NCBI GenBank assembly: GCA_964358335.1
Contig: CAYHOW010000001.1
Coordinates: 1 to 36,100 of the forward strand
Direction of reading: 5' to 3'
Length of the DNA: 36,100 bases
Source of the DNA: Candidatus Woesearchaeota archaeon
Lineage (GTDB): Archaea > Nanobdellota > Nanobdellia > SCGC-AAA011-G17 > GW2011-AR17
The translations under genes and the position numbers were made by a program. Every line of letters begins with the position of its first letter. The first letter of the stretch is position 1. Of the stretch, positions 24,708 through 33,146 are shown one piece after another. The notes beneath the pieces are model-generated. The model made no database searches and was not told the origin of the DNA. It was given only the letters and a program-made list of their open reading frames with translations.

Positions 24708-25226
24708 GTGAAAAAATTAATTTTGGGGGTAAGTGGAGCCTTATTGTTTTTTTCTTTGTTAGTCTTGGCTGCCACCACAACAATAAGACCGGACGCAAAT
24801 GGAATCTACACGCAGTGGACTCCTGTTGGCTGTGGAACTAATTACCAGTGTGTTGATGAATCTGTTCCAAGCACTAATGATTCTGTCGAAACATACTTGG
24901 CTAACAAGTCAGATGTTTATGGTTTGCAGTATATACATAGTCTGAACATAACATCCCTGGTATTAAGCTATTATGCACGTGAATACAATACCACTGCAAG
25001 GTATATAGTGCCTTTGATGGTTATAAATAACACGGACTATTATGGCAGCCTTATAAACTTAACTAAGCCATATGTTCTGTACAACCAAACGTTTTTTGTC
25101 AATCCTGCGACGGGCTTAAATTGGACTACGTCTGATATAAATAATCTGCAGGCTGGCATGAAAACATACGGCTCTAGGCCTGGTGGAAGGGTTGCACAGT
25201 TTTATGCTCTAGTTAATTATATCTAG
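24708..25226 (+). CDS. secreted protein with eight N-x-S/T sequons
   Basis: GTG start after an AAGGTGA RBS. The signal peptide is MKKLILGVSGALLFFSLLVLAA. An oligo-T tract follows the stop. Confidence 0.6.
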   Translation: MKKLILGVSGALLFFSLLVLAATTTIRPDANGIYTQWTPVGCGTNYQCVDESVPSTNDSVETYLANKSDVYGLQYIHSLNITSLVLSYYAREYNTTARYIVPLMVINNTDYYGSLINLTKPYVLYNQTFFVNPATGLNWTTSDINNLQAGMKTYGSRPGGRVAQFYALVNYI

Positions 25227-25244
25227 AACAAATTTTTTCTTTTT

Positions 25245-25670
25245 TTACATTTCCTCCTTCAGCGTGCACGTCGATATCATCGACAATGTCTTCGTCACGG
25301 GATTGTCGTCCCTGAACTTTATCAGGAATTCGTTGAACTCCACTATGTCCCTGAACTTGCATTTAAGCAACAAGTCGTAATCGCCTGTGACGCCGAAGGC
25401 TTCCTTGATTCTCGAGTCCTTGAACTTAGTCCCGTCTATGTTGCTTGAGGTCAGCACGAAAAGGAAAACTATGAAGTTCTCGTTCGCCTTTCCGTTGTCG
25501 AGCTTCACCGTGAACTTGTCTATTATCCCATTCCCCTTCAGCTTCTGGATGCGGTTGTGGACTGTGCTCGGCCTAAGCTTCGTCTTCTTCGCTATCTCCC
25601 TTATCGGCATCCTCGAGTCCGACTTCAATACCTCAATTATCTTCCAGTCCTGGTCTGTTACGGCCATCAT
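25245..25670 (-). CDS. Lrp/AsnC-family transcriptional regulator
   Basis: The HTH is DWKIIEVLKSDSRMPIREIAKKTKLRPSTVHNRIQKLKGNGII. A C-terminal RAM-like domain follows (FIVFLFV...TGDYDLLLKC). Confidence 0.85.
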   Translation of the reverse strand: MMAVTDQDWKIIEVLKSDSRMPIREIAKKTKLRPSTVHNRIQKLKGNGIIDKFTVKLDNGKANENFIVFLFVLTSSNIDGTKFKDSRIKEAFGVTGDYDLLLKCKFRDIVEFNEFLIKFRDDNPVTKTLSMISTCTLKEEM

Positions 25671-25722
25671 TGTGCAATTTTATCCTTATTTTAATGCTAT
25701 ATGTCCAAGTTATGCTGAATAA

Positions 25723-25732
25723 TTTATATAAA
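25723..25732 (+). promoter_or_regulatory. TATA-box candidate for ahcY in the divergent lrp-ahcY intergenic region
   Basis: tttatataaa lies about 33 nt upstream of ATG 25765. A GGTGA RBS lies at 25756-25760. Confidence 0.4.
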
Positions 25733-25764
25733 TTTTGCTGATTTCAACTACATATGGTGATATA

Positions 25765-27030
25765 ATGCAATCGGGAAATGATTATGAAGTGAAGGACCTA
25801 TCCCTTGCCGCGCAAGGCAGGAACAACATCGAGTGGGCTTCCATGCACATGGGCGCCCTGATGAGCATAATGGAATCGTTCGGGCAACAGAAGCCTCTGC
25901 GAGGGGCAAGGGTCGGCATAGCGCTGCACGTGACTAAAGAGGCCGCCAACCTGGTCAGGACGCTGCAGGCAGGCGGAGCTGAGGTTGCAATAACAGGCTG
26001 CAACCCTCTCTCAACGCAGGACGATGTCGCTGCCGCTCTCGCTTCTGAAGGCGTGAAAGTGTGGGCATATAAGGGCGAGACGACTGAAGACTATTACAGG
26101 TACCTGGAGAACATAATAAAATTTAAGCCTAACATAACCATGGACGACGGATGCGACCTGGTGAGCCTGATACATCTGAAGCATCCCGGGCTTATACCTT
26201 CGATAATCGGAGGGTGCGAAGAGACAACCACCGGCGTGATAAGGCTGAAGGCGATGATGAAGGATTGCTCGCTGAAGTATCCTATGATAGCCGTCAACGA
26301 TAACAAGACGAAGCATCTACTGGATAACTATTACGGCACCGGGCAGTCGACGCTTGACGGGATACTGAGGGCAACGAACATCTTATTGGCCGGCAAGACT
26401 GTCGTCGTGGCAGGCTACGGAGACTGCGGGAAAGGCTTCGCGCTGAGGTCTAGGGCAATGGGCGCCAACGTCATCGTCACTGAGATTGATTCTTTCGCCG
26501 CCATTAAGGCAGTATACGATGGGTTCAGGGTCATGAGGATGGACGCCGCATTGAAGGAAGGCGACATCTATTGCACACTTACCGGAAACAAGCACGTCAT
26601 CACAACGGCGCATATGCAGAAGATGAAGGACGGTGCGATTTTAGCCAACTCCGGGCATTTCGACATCGAGATAGACGTGAAAGGATTGGAGGCCATAGCT
26701 AAATCAAAGCGCAGCATACGGCCTTCCCTAGATGAGTATACTTTGGATAATGGGAAGAGGATATATCTCTGCGCCGAGGGAAGATTGGTGAACTTGGCAG
26801 CTGCCGAAGGCCATCCTTCCGAAGTCATGTCGACAAGCTTCTGCGGACAGGCTCTCGCTTGCGAGTATCTGGTTAAGAACAGGGGCAAGCTTCCTGTGGA
26901 TGTCATAACATTGCCAGAATCCATTGACAACAAGATAGCAGCGATACAGCTCAGCGCTATGGGCGTCAAGGTGGATAAGCTGACAACAGATCAGAAGGAA
27001 TATCTCTCTAGCTGGAGAGAGGGGACATAA
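25765..27030 (+). CDS. ahcY: S-adenosyl-L-homocysteine hydrolase
   Basis: Family signatures are GCNPLSTQDDVAAAL, CEETTTGV, DNYYGTGQSTLDGILRATN and VVVAGYGDCGKG. I prefer ATG 25765 to the TTG at 25735. Confidence 0.95.
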   Translation: MQSGNDYEVKDLSLAAQGRNNIEWASMHMGALMSIMESFGQQKPLRGARVGIALHVTKEAANLVRTLQAGGAEVAITGCNPLSTQDDVAAALASEGVKVWAYKGETTEDYYRYLENIIKFKPNITMDDGCDLVSLIHLKHPGLIPSIIGGCEETTTGVIRLKAMMKDCSLKYPMIAVNDNKTKHLLDNYYGTGQSTLDGILRATNILLAGKTVVVAGYGDCGKGFALRSRAMGANVIVTEIDSFAAIKAVYDGFRVMRMDAALKEGDIYCTLTGNKHVITTAHMQKMKDGAILANSGHFDIEIDVKGLEAIAKSKRSIRPSLDEYTLDNGKRIYLCAEGRLVNLAAAEGHPSEVMSTSFCGQALACEYLVKNRGKLPVDVITLPESIDNKIAAIQLSAMGVKVDKLTTDQKEYLSSWREGT

Positions 27031-27174
27031 AATTATTTTACCGAAAACTATTTATATAAGTCTATATAGATATATGTATATAAATATATAAATAATTAAC
27101 AAAAGACGTGATTATAAGGTGACGCCAGCAGAGGCCTTTTAGCCTATGACATCTTGTGAAGAAAGTAATCAAAC

Positions 27175-27462
27175 ATGAAGGAACAAATAAGGAGAGAAAG
27201 GGAAGTATTAGAAGTAATTCATTATCCCAGTTTGAAAACTGTGTTAATGGTTGAGGAAACATTAAAAAATGCTAACAAATTATTGACACGCGAACAATTA
27301 AAAAAGAAATTGCCAAAACAAGTAATGCACCAGACATTAAACATAATTTTGGAATATTTGGAGAAGAGCGGGAAGATTATTGACGGAAGGAAAGGTATTT
27401 TATGGATATACAATCCGAGCCTTAAGATGGACAAAGCAATCAAAGAGGGAATTGAAGTATGA
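27175..27462 (+). CDS. small winged-helix-like protein, possible antitoxin or regulator of the downstream toxin remnant
   Basis: 95 aa, containing QTLNIILEYLEKSGKIIDGRKGILWIY. Its stop overlaps the next ATG (ATGA). Confidence 0.5.
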   Translation: MKEQIRREREVLEVIHYPSLKTVLMVEETLKNANKLLTREQLKKKLPKQVMHQTLNIILEYLEKSGKIIDGRKGILWIYNPSLKMDKAIKEGIEV

Positions 27463-27839
27463 CATTCAAGGGAAAGCCTGTAAAAGTCAACCTTACAGGA
27501 AATGCGAAGGAAGAGTTTGAAAGGCTAAATCATCTGGTTGGAGAGGAGCTTGCTAGGAACATCTCTAACTCTGATAATCAAATCCTCTTTAGGTCTATAC
27601 AGCAAAAGATAGATTTCCTGAAGGACAATCCTTAATATGGGACGCATATACCTAAAAATCGTATACCTAAAGAATATATCTTGAATTATGAAGTAAATAA
27701 CCTCTGGAAGGCTGACCTTTCCGGAGCATGGAGAATGATTTATACCTTGAGGGGCAGCGAGGTTGATATCATTTCCTTGGTTTTGGACATTTTTGGCCAT
27801 ATGGACTATGAGAAAAAGTTCAATTACAGAAAATCTTAA
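27459..27839 (+). pseudogene. RelE/ParE-superfamily toxin gene interrupted by one in-frame TAA (27633-27635)
   Basis: Reading through the TAA gives ...IQQKIDFLKDNP*YGTHIPKNRIPKEYILNYEVNNLWKADLSGAWRMIYTLRGSEVDIISLVLDIFGHMDYEKKF. The second half matches the RelE-type pattern (NLWK..L..WR.IY...H.DYEK). The track shows only an antisense ORF here. Confidence 0.65.
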
Positions 27840-27879
27840 TCATAAACTATAAAAACTCTCGATTTTTCCTCTATCTCTT

Positions 27880-28473
27880 ATGAGAATACTAGCTTTCACT
27901 GACCTGCATGCAAGAAAGGGCGCCATAGATGACGTGATGAAGAAAGTCAAGGATGCTGACATAATAGTCGGCGGCGGAGACTTCTCTGACTGGGGCAAGG
28001 ATACTGAGAAGATATTAGAGAGGTTCAAGGATTGCGGGAAGCCCGTCATTGTAGTCCACGGCAATCACGAGAGCGAAGCCCTCATGCACGATATCGAGAA
28101 AAAGCACAAGCATGTATTATTTCTGCACAAGAGGAGCTACCAAATTGACAAGTACGTTTTCTTCGGCTACGGCGGAGGCGGGTTCTCCAAAGAGGACGGA
28201 GGGTTCGACAAGGTCGTCGACAAGTTCGCGAGGACCATCCAGAAGGAAGACATCGTTATAATAGTCACACATGGGCCGCCTTACGGGACCAAGCTAGACA
28301 AGCTAAGCAACGTGGGATATGCCGGCTCGAAGTCCTACAGGAAATTCCTTGACTTGAAAAAGCCGGTGCTCTGGATATGCGGGCATATACACGAGAATTT
28401 CGGCAACATGGACGTCATCGACAACACTGTCGTGGTCAACCCCGGGCCTGACGGAAGAATCATTGAAATCTAG
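27880..28473 (+). CDS. cytoplasmic metallophosphoesterase (MJ0936/YfcE-like)
   Basis: The motifs are FTDLH, GGGDFSD, HGNHE, VTHGPP and CGHIH. Confidence 0.85.
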   Translation: MRILAFTDLHARKGAIDDVMKKVKDADIIVGGGDFSDWGKDTEKILERFKDCGKPVIVVHGNHESEALMHDIEKKHKHVLFLHKRSYQIDKYVFFGYGGGGFSKEDGGFDKVVDKFARTIQKEDIVIIVTHGPPYGTKLDKLSNVGYAGSKSYRKFLDLKKPVLWICGHIHENFGNMDVIDNTVVVNPGPDGRIIEI

Positions 28474-28498
28474 GAATCCTGTCTTCTATTAATTAGGG

Positions 28499-28987
28499 TT
28501 AGTTGACAATAATAGTACCGTATCCCATTCTCATCCCACATGCAAATTCAAATGCCCCCCTTTGATTTGGAGTAAATTTTATACTATCTGAAGGATTTTT
28601 AGAATAAACACTTACTCCTAATTCCCGAATATTAAATGAACGGAAGCATCCTCGGACACTGCTATCCAAAGTGATTTCTACAGGCCTGCCTGCTTCTACA
28701 GTTATAGTATTTGGGTAATAATTATTTTTAAAACTTAGAGTGATCTTTTGAACGCTATCTTCAGTCAAACCTCTTTCAGAGATTGCATTTCCAGTTAGAC
28801 CTCTTCCCGAGACTAAAAAATAAACTACGATTATTGCCAATATGCCTATAACCCAAAATATTTTTTTTCTGGATTTTTCTTCTTTTGCATTATTTAATGG
28901 AAGATTATGTTTAGCTGAATTATGCATTGCCAAGGCTTCCTGACTTTGAAATTCCCTATTGCACTCTTCGCATCTCATTGTTTCCAT
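28499..28987 (-). CDS. C2H2 zinc-finger - TM - cupredoxin-like domain protein
   Basis: I prefer ATG 28987 to the TTG at 29020. The zinc finger is CEECNREFQSQEALAMHNSAKH, followed by the TM segment IFWVIGILAIIVVYFLV. A C-terminal beta-rich domain ends in FEFACGMRMGYGTIIVN (Cupredoxin_1-like). Confidence 0.65.
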   Translation of the reverse strand: METMRCEECNREFQSQEALAMHNSAKHNLPLNNAKEEKSRKKIFWVIGILAIIVVYFLVSGRGLTGNAISERGLTEDSVQKITLSFKNNYYPNTITVEAGRPVEITLDSSVRGCFRSFNIRELGVSVYSKNPSDSIKFTPNQRGAFEFACGMRMGYGTIIVN

Positions 28988-29050
28988 ATTTTTTACCTGT
29001 ACACCCACTAATTTCAGCAAATATACATTTGTTTTTCAGGCAGCTATATT

Positions 29051-29443
29051 TTATTTAACAGTCAATTTGCCTTTCATTTGCATATGCCCAGTCCCGCACA
29101 TGTTTGCGCAATACCAAATGAATTCTCCAGCTTTATCTGCAGTAAACTCTAAACTTTCATCTTCTCTTAAATTCAATTCTGGAATCCTGATCCCGTGAAG
29201 AACATCAGTATTCTCAATATTTATCCTTACCTTGTCCCCTTTATTCACAGTTATCTCGTCTGGAGTATAACCGAACCTAAATGCCTTAACGTTAAACTCC
29301 TTAACATCACCTGTTTGGGCCACTGTATTCTGTACAACATTTCCTGTTGGCGAGAAAGAGCCAAATATCTTTATTCCAGCAAAAGCAACCACTACGATGG
29401 CTACCATAACTAAACTCCATTTAATCGTTTTTCCTTTTTCCAT
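29051..29443 (-). CDS. membrane-anchored cupredoxin with a complete CuA-type motif (cytochrome oxidase subunit II-like domain)
   Basis: The CuA ligand pattern is LHGIRIPE ... WYCANMCGTGHMQM (H...Cx3Cx3Hx2M). It has a single N-terminal TM segment and a GGAGGTG RBS. Confidence 0.75.
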   Translation of the reverse strand: MEKGKTIKWSLVMVAIVVVAFAGIKIFGSFSPTGNVVQNTVAQTGDVKEFNVKAFRFGYTPDEITVNKGDKVRINIENTDVLHGIRIPELNLREDESLEFTADKAGEFIWYCANMCGTGHMQMKGKLTVK

Positions 29444-29569
29444 GCTTAATGCACCTCCGACTAATTACTACTAATCACATATTTATAAATGTTACTATAA
29501 TGTAACCTTAATATAAATGAGAAAAATATATAAAGCAACTATAATCATATTTATTCAGGAGGAGCTAAA

Positions 29570-29878
29570 ATGGACATAGGCTTATTTTTCCAGGGCTTGA
29601 TTCTTTTAGGATCGTTAGGATTTCTTGTTGCTGTATATTATGCATTCAGATTATCAAAAGAAACAAAGAATGAGAAGCATTGGCTGGTCTTGGCCTTATC
29701 TGCATTGTTCTTAACAATAAACCAATGGACAATGATACCTTGGGAGTTTCATATTATCACAAATGATGTTAGGCTGGCTGTGCAGCAGATTACCATGATT
29801 ATCGGCTCCATACTATTCGCTTATTCGATATATGGGTTATTTGCCTCTATGAAGAAGATAAGAGAAAAGATGAGGTAA
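29570..29878 (+). CDS. small membrane protein (3 TM), unknown function
   Basis: An AGGAGG RBS lies 7 nt upstream. The protein has three hydrophobic segments, and its stop lies 2 nt before the next ATG. Confidence 0.5.
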   Translation: MDIGLFFQGLILLGSLGFLVAVYYAFRLSKETKNEKHWLVLALSALFLTINQWTMIPWEFHIITNDVRLAVQQITMIIGSILFAYSIYGLFASMKKIREKMR

Positions 29879-29880
29879 TT

Positions 29881-30162
29881 ATGCTTTCAAAATCAATACT
29901 CTTTTACTGGAGCAAGGGCTCTGATACCAGGAGAAAAATTATAAGATTAATGTATGAAAGCGAAAAAGAAAACAAGCCTTGCTTTTTGAATATTATCGCT
30001 AACAAACTTAATTTAACCCATGTTGCTGTAAGAAAACATCTTGACCTATTAATCGAAGAGAAGTATATTAAGCCAATTAATCCTTCTGGAAAACCAATAT
30101 ACCTTAAATTAGCTGATTCTGGCAAGGCAATGGTAAAAGAGTTAGGCTTTACTAAAATCTGA
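29881..30162 (+). CDS. small winged-helix (ArsR/MarR-like) transcriptional regulator
   Basis: FLNIIANKLNLTHVAVRKHLDLLIEEKYIKPINPSGKPIYLKL fits an HTH plus wing layout. Confidence 0.6.
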   Translation: MLSKSILFYWSKGSDTRRKIIRLMYESEKENKPCFLNIIANKLNLTHVAVRKHLDLLIEEKYIKPINPSGKPIYLKLADSGKAMVKELGFTKI

Positions 30163-31135
30163 GCATCCTGTCTTCTGAATCTTCTTTCATCAATAACGTC
30201 ACCCTTGAGTTCGGCTTCTCCGCAATTATCTTCAGCCCTGTGAGCTCGCATATCTTCTTAGAGAACTCTACTATCTCGTGATGCCTCGGCATCTTCTCGT
30301 ACTCTATCCTGTACCTTGAATACCCTACTGCCATTGCAGCCTTAATCTCTACAAATTTAACCGGGTTGTCGTTTATTATCTTCGCGTAGCCTTCGGGATT
30401 GTTCATGTTCAGGTCCTTCGACAATGTCAATCTAATAGTGCTCCTCCCGAACTTCTGCAATATTCTCAAAGATTCCATCAGCCTCTCCCATTGATCTGGT
30501 ATGAGTGGCCTGCATGTTTTCAGGTATGTTTCTTTATCCGGAGCCGCCAATGTGACGTAAATCTGCGTCGGCTGGCGCCTCAATAATTTCCTCATCATCT
30601 CGGGCGAGCATCCGTTGGTGACCACGAAAGATGTCATGCCCCTCGACTTTATCTCGTCTATAAGTTCAGGCAGCTTTGGGTACAGGACGCTTTCTCCCGA
30701 CAAGCTCAACGCGAAATGCAGCGGCTCCATGGACTCCTTCAATCTCTTCGGGTCAGAACTGCCGCAGCCTTTCATGCCCTGCAGATATTTCAGATGCTCT
30801 TTGATCAGCCCGTCGACTATCTCCTTCGGCTCATTGGCTTCGCCTTCCCACCGCTCCTTGGTATGTGCAATGTCCCTCCAGCAGAACTGGCACCTGTTCG
30901 TGCAGACGTCCATCGACACCGAAGACTGGACGCAGCGCCACGACTGGATGCCATAGAACGTGTTCTTGTAGCAGACATCCTCGCCCTTTATCGCCTTCTT
31001 GCACCACGTGCACAATTTTATGGCGCTGTGGCTGCCCACGAACCTGTAGCCCTGCTTCTCCAAATTCCTCCTTACTGCCGATTCCATAACGGCTGAAAAT
31101 GTACGTAATCTGTATTTAACACTTTCGGATTTCAT
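30152..31135 (-). CDS. taw1: radical-SAM tRNA 4-demethylwyosine synthase (Taw1/TYW1 family)
   Basis: HSAIKLCTWCKKAIKGEDVCYKNTFYGIQSWRCVQSSVSMDVCTNRCQFCWRD matches the Taw1 N-terminal cluster and radical-SAM region. ATG 31087 is an alternative start. Confidence 0.9.
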   Translation of the reverse strand: MKSESVKYRLRTFSAVMESAVRRNLEKQGYRFVGSHSAIKLCTWCKKAIKGEDVCYKNTFYGIQSWRCVQSSVSMDVCTNRCQFCWRDIAHTKERWEGEANEPKEIVDGLIKEHLKYLQGMKGCGSSDPKRLKESMEPLHFALSLSGESVLYPKLPELIDEIKSRGMTSFVVTNGCSPEMMRKLLRRQPTQIYVTLAAPDKETYLKTCRPLIPDQWERLMESLRILQKFGRSTIRLTLSKDLNMNNPEGYAKIINDNPVKFVEIKAAMAVGYSRYRIEYEKMPRHHEIVEFSKKICELTGLKIIAEKPNSRVTLLMKEDSEDRMLRF

Positions 31136-31150
31136 TTTTACTATAACTCT

Positions 31151-31192
31151 TTTTAAGTAACTTTAAGTAACTTTAAGTAATATTAAAGTAAG
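31151..31192. repeat. 10-bp tandem repeat (c/t)tttaagtaa x3 plus a degenerate fourth copy
   Basis: Read directly as ttttaagtaa ctttaagtaa ctttaagtaa tattaaagtaag. It lies in the taw1 upstream region. Confidence 0.6.
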
Positions 31193-31370
31193 TTGTATTG
31201 AGTGACTGTAATAGTTATTCAAGCAAAATCTGCTTAATTATTTTAATCATTTCCTTTATAGAAATCCGACCCTTTTTAGCGTTTTGTAATCCAATAACAA
31301 CTATATGCGAGGTCTGTAATTTGATAGCCTCCTGAAGAAATGCTTAAATATCAATTACCAGCTAACTATT

Positions 31371-32414
31371 ATGGTGAACAACAGAATCATTTTCCTTGCA
31401 TTGGCATTAGCGCTTCTTTCCGCAGGATGCTCAAATCAATCCCCGGACGCAGTACAGGCGTTCTCCATGGAGGTTTTGGCTGAAGGCCTTGACACCCCTT
31501 GGGCGATTGACTTCCTTCCTGACGGCAGGATGATATTCACAGAACGGCCAGGCAGGCTAAACATCCTAGAAGGTAAGGCAGTGACCAAAATAGCCGACAT
31601 AAACATAACCGAGATTGCGGAGTCCGGGCTTTTGGGCCTCGCCGTCGACCCCGAATTCGCCGATAATCATCTTATCTATCTATACTACACCTATGAAGAC
31701 GGCGGCAAGCCGTATAACCGAGTATCTTCGTTCGAGCTTGACAATGATAAAATATCTAACGAGAACGTCCTGCTTGACAACATCCCTGCCGCAATTTTCC
31801 ATGATGGCGGAAGAATAAGATTCGGTCCCGACGGAAAGCTCTACATAACAGTCGGCGACGCGACAGAGCCCAGCTCTGCACAGGATATCGATTCTGTCTC
31901 CGGAAAGATACTCAGGATGAACAAGGACGGGACAATCCCCGAAGACAACCCGTTCGGGAACTACGTATACAGCTACGGGCACAGGAATCCCGAAGGCATG
32001 ACGTGGGGAAACGGAATGATGTACTCTTCCGAGCACGGCCCGTCAAGCGATGACGAGGTAAATATCATAGAGCCCGGCAAGAATTATGGCTGGCCCAGCC
32101 CATGCTCCGAACCTGCCGCCAACACAGAGATGCCAATCAGCTGCTACAGCGAATTCACATTGGCGCCAGGAAGCATAGCCTACCATGAAGGAAACCTTTA
32201 CGTCAGCGGGCTCAGGGGCGCGCAGCTCAGGAAAATAACCTTGGGCGATGACGGCAGGGCCATCCTGAAAGAGGAAGAGGCAATCACAGGCCTGGGCAGG
32301 GTAAGGGAAGTAGTAAGCCACGATGGCTTCGTCTATATCTCCACAAGCAACTGGGACGGGCGCGGAATACCCAGGATAGGCGACGACAAGATACTGAGAA
32401 TCAAGTGGAATTAG
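31371..32414 (+). CDS. PQQ-dependent (soluble) glucose/sorbosone dehydrogenase-family beta-propeller, lipoprotein signal
   Basis: The signal peptide is LALALALLSAGCSN. Family motifs are PWAIDFLPDGRMIFTERPGR, GLLGLAVDPEF, HDGGRIRFGPDGKLYITVGD, GKILRMNKDGTIPEDNPF, YGHRNPEG and GKNYGWP. Confidence 0.85.
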   Translation: MVNNRIIFLALALALLSAGCSNQSPDAVQAFSMEVLAEGLDTPWAIDFLPDGRMIFTERPGRLNILEGKAVTKIADINITEIAESGLLGLAVDPEFADNHLIYLYYTYEDGGKPYNRVSSFELDNDKISNENVLLDNIPAAIFHDGGRIRFGPDGKLYITVGDATEPSSAQDIDSVSGKILRMNKDGTIPEDNPFGNYVYSYGHRNPEGMTWGNGMMYSSEHGPSSDDEVNIIEPGKNYGWPSPCSEPAANTEMPISCYSEFTLAPGSIAYHEGNLYVSGLRGAQLRKITLGDDGRAILKEEEAITGLGRVREVVSHDGFVYISTSNWDGRGIPRIGDDKILRIKWN

Positions 32415-32488
32415 CATCCTCAAAAAAGCAAAAGGTTAATAAATTTTGAGAATAAATGTTACGTATCAAAATCAAAGAGGTGCGACCA

Positions 32489-32911
32489 ATGAAAGGATTC
32501 TTATGCAAGGTATGCGGGCACATAGAGCTCGATTCCATACCAGATAAATGCCCTGTCTGCTTCTCGCCAAGCACGGCGTTCAGCGAGCAGGACGTCGTCA
32601 AGACCATAAAGGACGAGGGCCCGAAAGAGAAGCACGTCCCAGTGATAGCAGTAAACAAGAAGTGCAAGCTGATCCCGGCTGGATGCACAGAGGCACAAGC
32701 CAAGATAGGGGAGGCTATACATCCTATGGAGCCTGCGCATTTCATACAATGGGCAGACTTCTACGTGGACAGGAAATGGGTGGCGAGGGCGCATCTAACC
32801 CCTGAATGCAACCCTGCGGCATCTGCGTTCCTTAAGGCCGCTTCCGGCACACTGACCGTAATAGAGAAGTGCAACATCCACGGGCACTGGATTGGCGAGA
32901 TGAAACTTTAA
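32489..32911 (+). CDS. superoxide reductase (neelaredoxin/desulfoferrodoxin family) with N-terminal CxxC...CxxC zinc-ribbon/rubredoxin-like module
   Basis: I prefer ATG 32489 (AGAGGTG RBS). The N-terminal module is CKVCGH...CPVC. The SOR ligand pattern is EKHVPVI, HPMEPAH and CNIHGHW. Confidence 0.8.
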   Translation: MKGFLCKVCGHIELDSIPDKCPVCFSPSTAFSEQDVVKTIKDEGPKEKHVPVIAVNKKCKLIPAGCTEAQAKIGEAIHPMEPAHFIQWADFYVDRKWVARAHLTPECNPAASAFLKAASGTLTVIEKCNIHGHWIGEMKL

Positions 32912-32912
32912 T

Positions 32913-33137
32913 ATGGCAAAGTACAGGATTGAGTTCGAACGCGAAAAGTGCATAGGCGCGACGTCGTGCAATGACAAGTGCCCAGGCAACTGGGATCTTA
33001 AAGAGGACGGCAAGTCCGACTGCAGGACAAAGGACCTGGACGATGCGCAGCTTGAATGCAACCTTGATGCGGCGAAAGCATGCCCTGTCAATGCAATACA
33101 TATCGTCAATGCTAAAACCAAGGAGAAGCTAATATAG
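32913..33137 (+). CDS. small ferredoxin-like Fe-S protein
   Basis: It contains CIGATSCNDKCP and AKACPVNAI. It lies directly upstream of the OFOR genes. Confidence 0.55.
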   Translation: MAKYRIEFEREKCIGATSCNDKCPGNWDLKEDGKSDCRTKDLDDAQLECNLDAAKACPVNAIHIVNAKTKEKLI

Positions 33138-33146
33138 GCGCACACC

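Noticed and set aside
27048-27097. TA-rich low-complexity stretch (tatttatataagtctatatagatatatgtatataaatatataaata) that looks repeat-like.
   Set aside because: It has no consistent unit length. It is best explained as an AT-rich intergenic or promoter region with multiple TATA-like boxes upstream of the wHTH gene.
27633-27635. Possibility that the in-frame TAA in the RelE-like gene is recoded or read through (alternative genetic code).
   Set aside because: TAA is the normal terminator of well-supported genes in this window, for example ahcY at 27028-27030 and the three membrane paralogs. A nonsense mutation or a sequencing error is simpler.
31151-31192. Considered as a possible mini CRISPR or other spaced repeat array.
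   Set aside because: The units are 10 bp and directly abutting with no spacers. This is a simple tandem repeat only. No CRISPR-like array exists anywhere in the window.
31205-31330. Minus-strand open frame reading ...QEAIKLQTSHIVVIGLQNAKKGRISIKEMIKIIKQILLE*, which looks like the C-terminal piece of a protein.
   Set aside because: There is no usable start codon after the upstream in-frame TAA and no recognisable family. It may be a gene remnant, but that cannot be supported.
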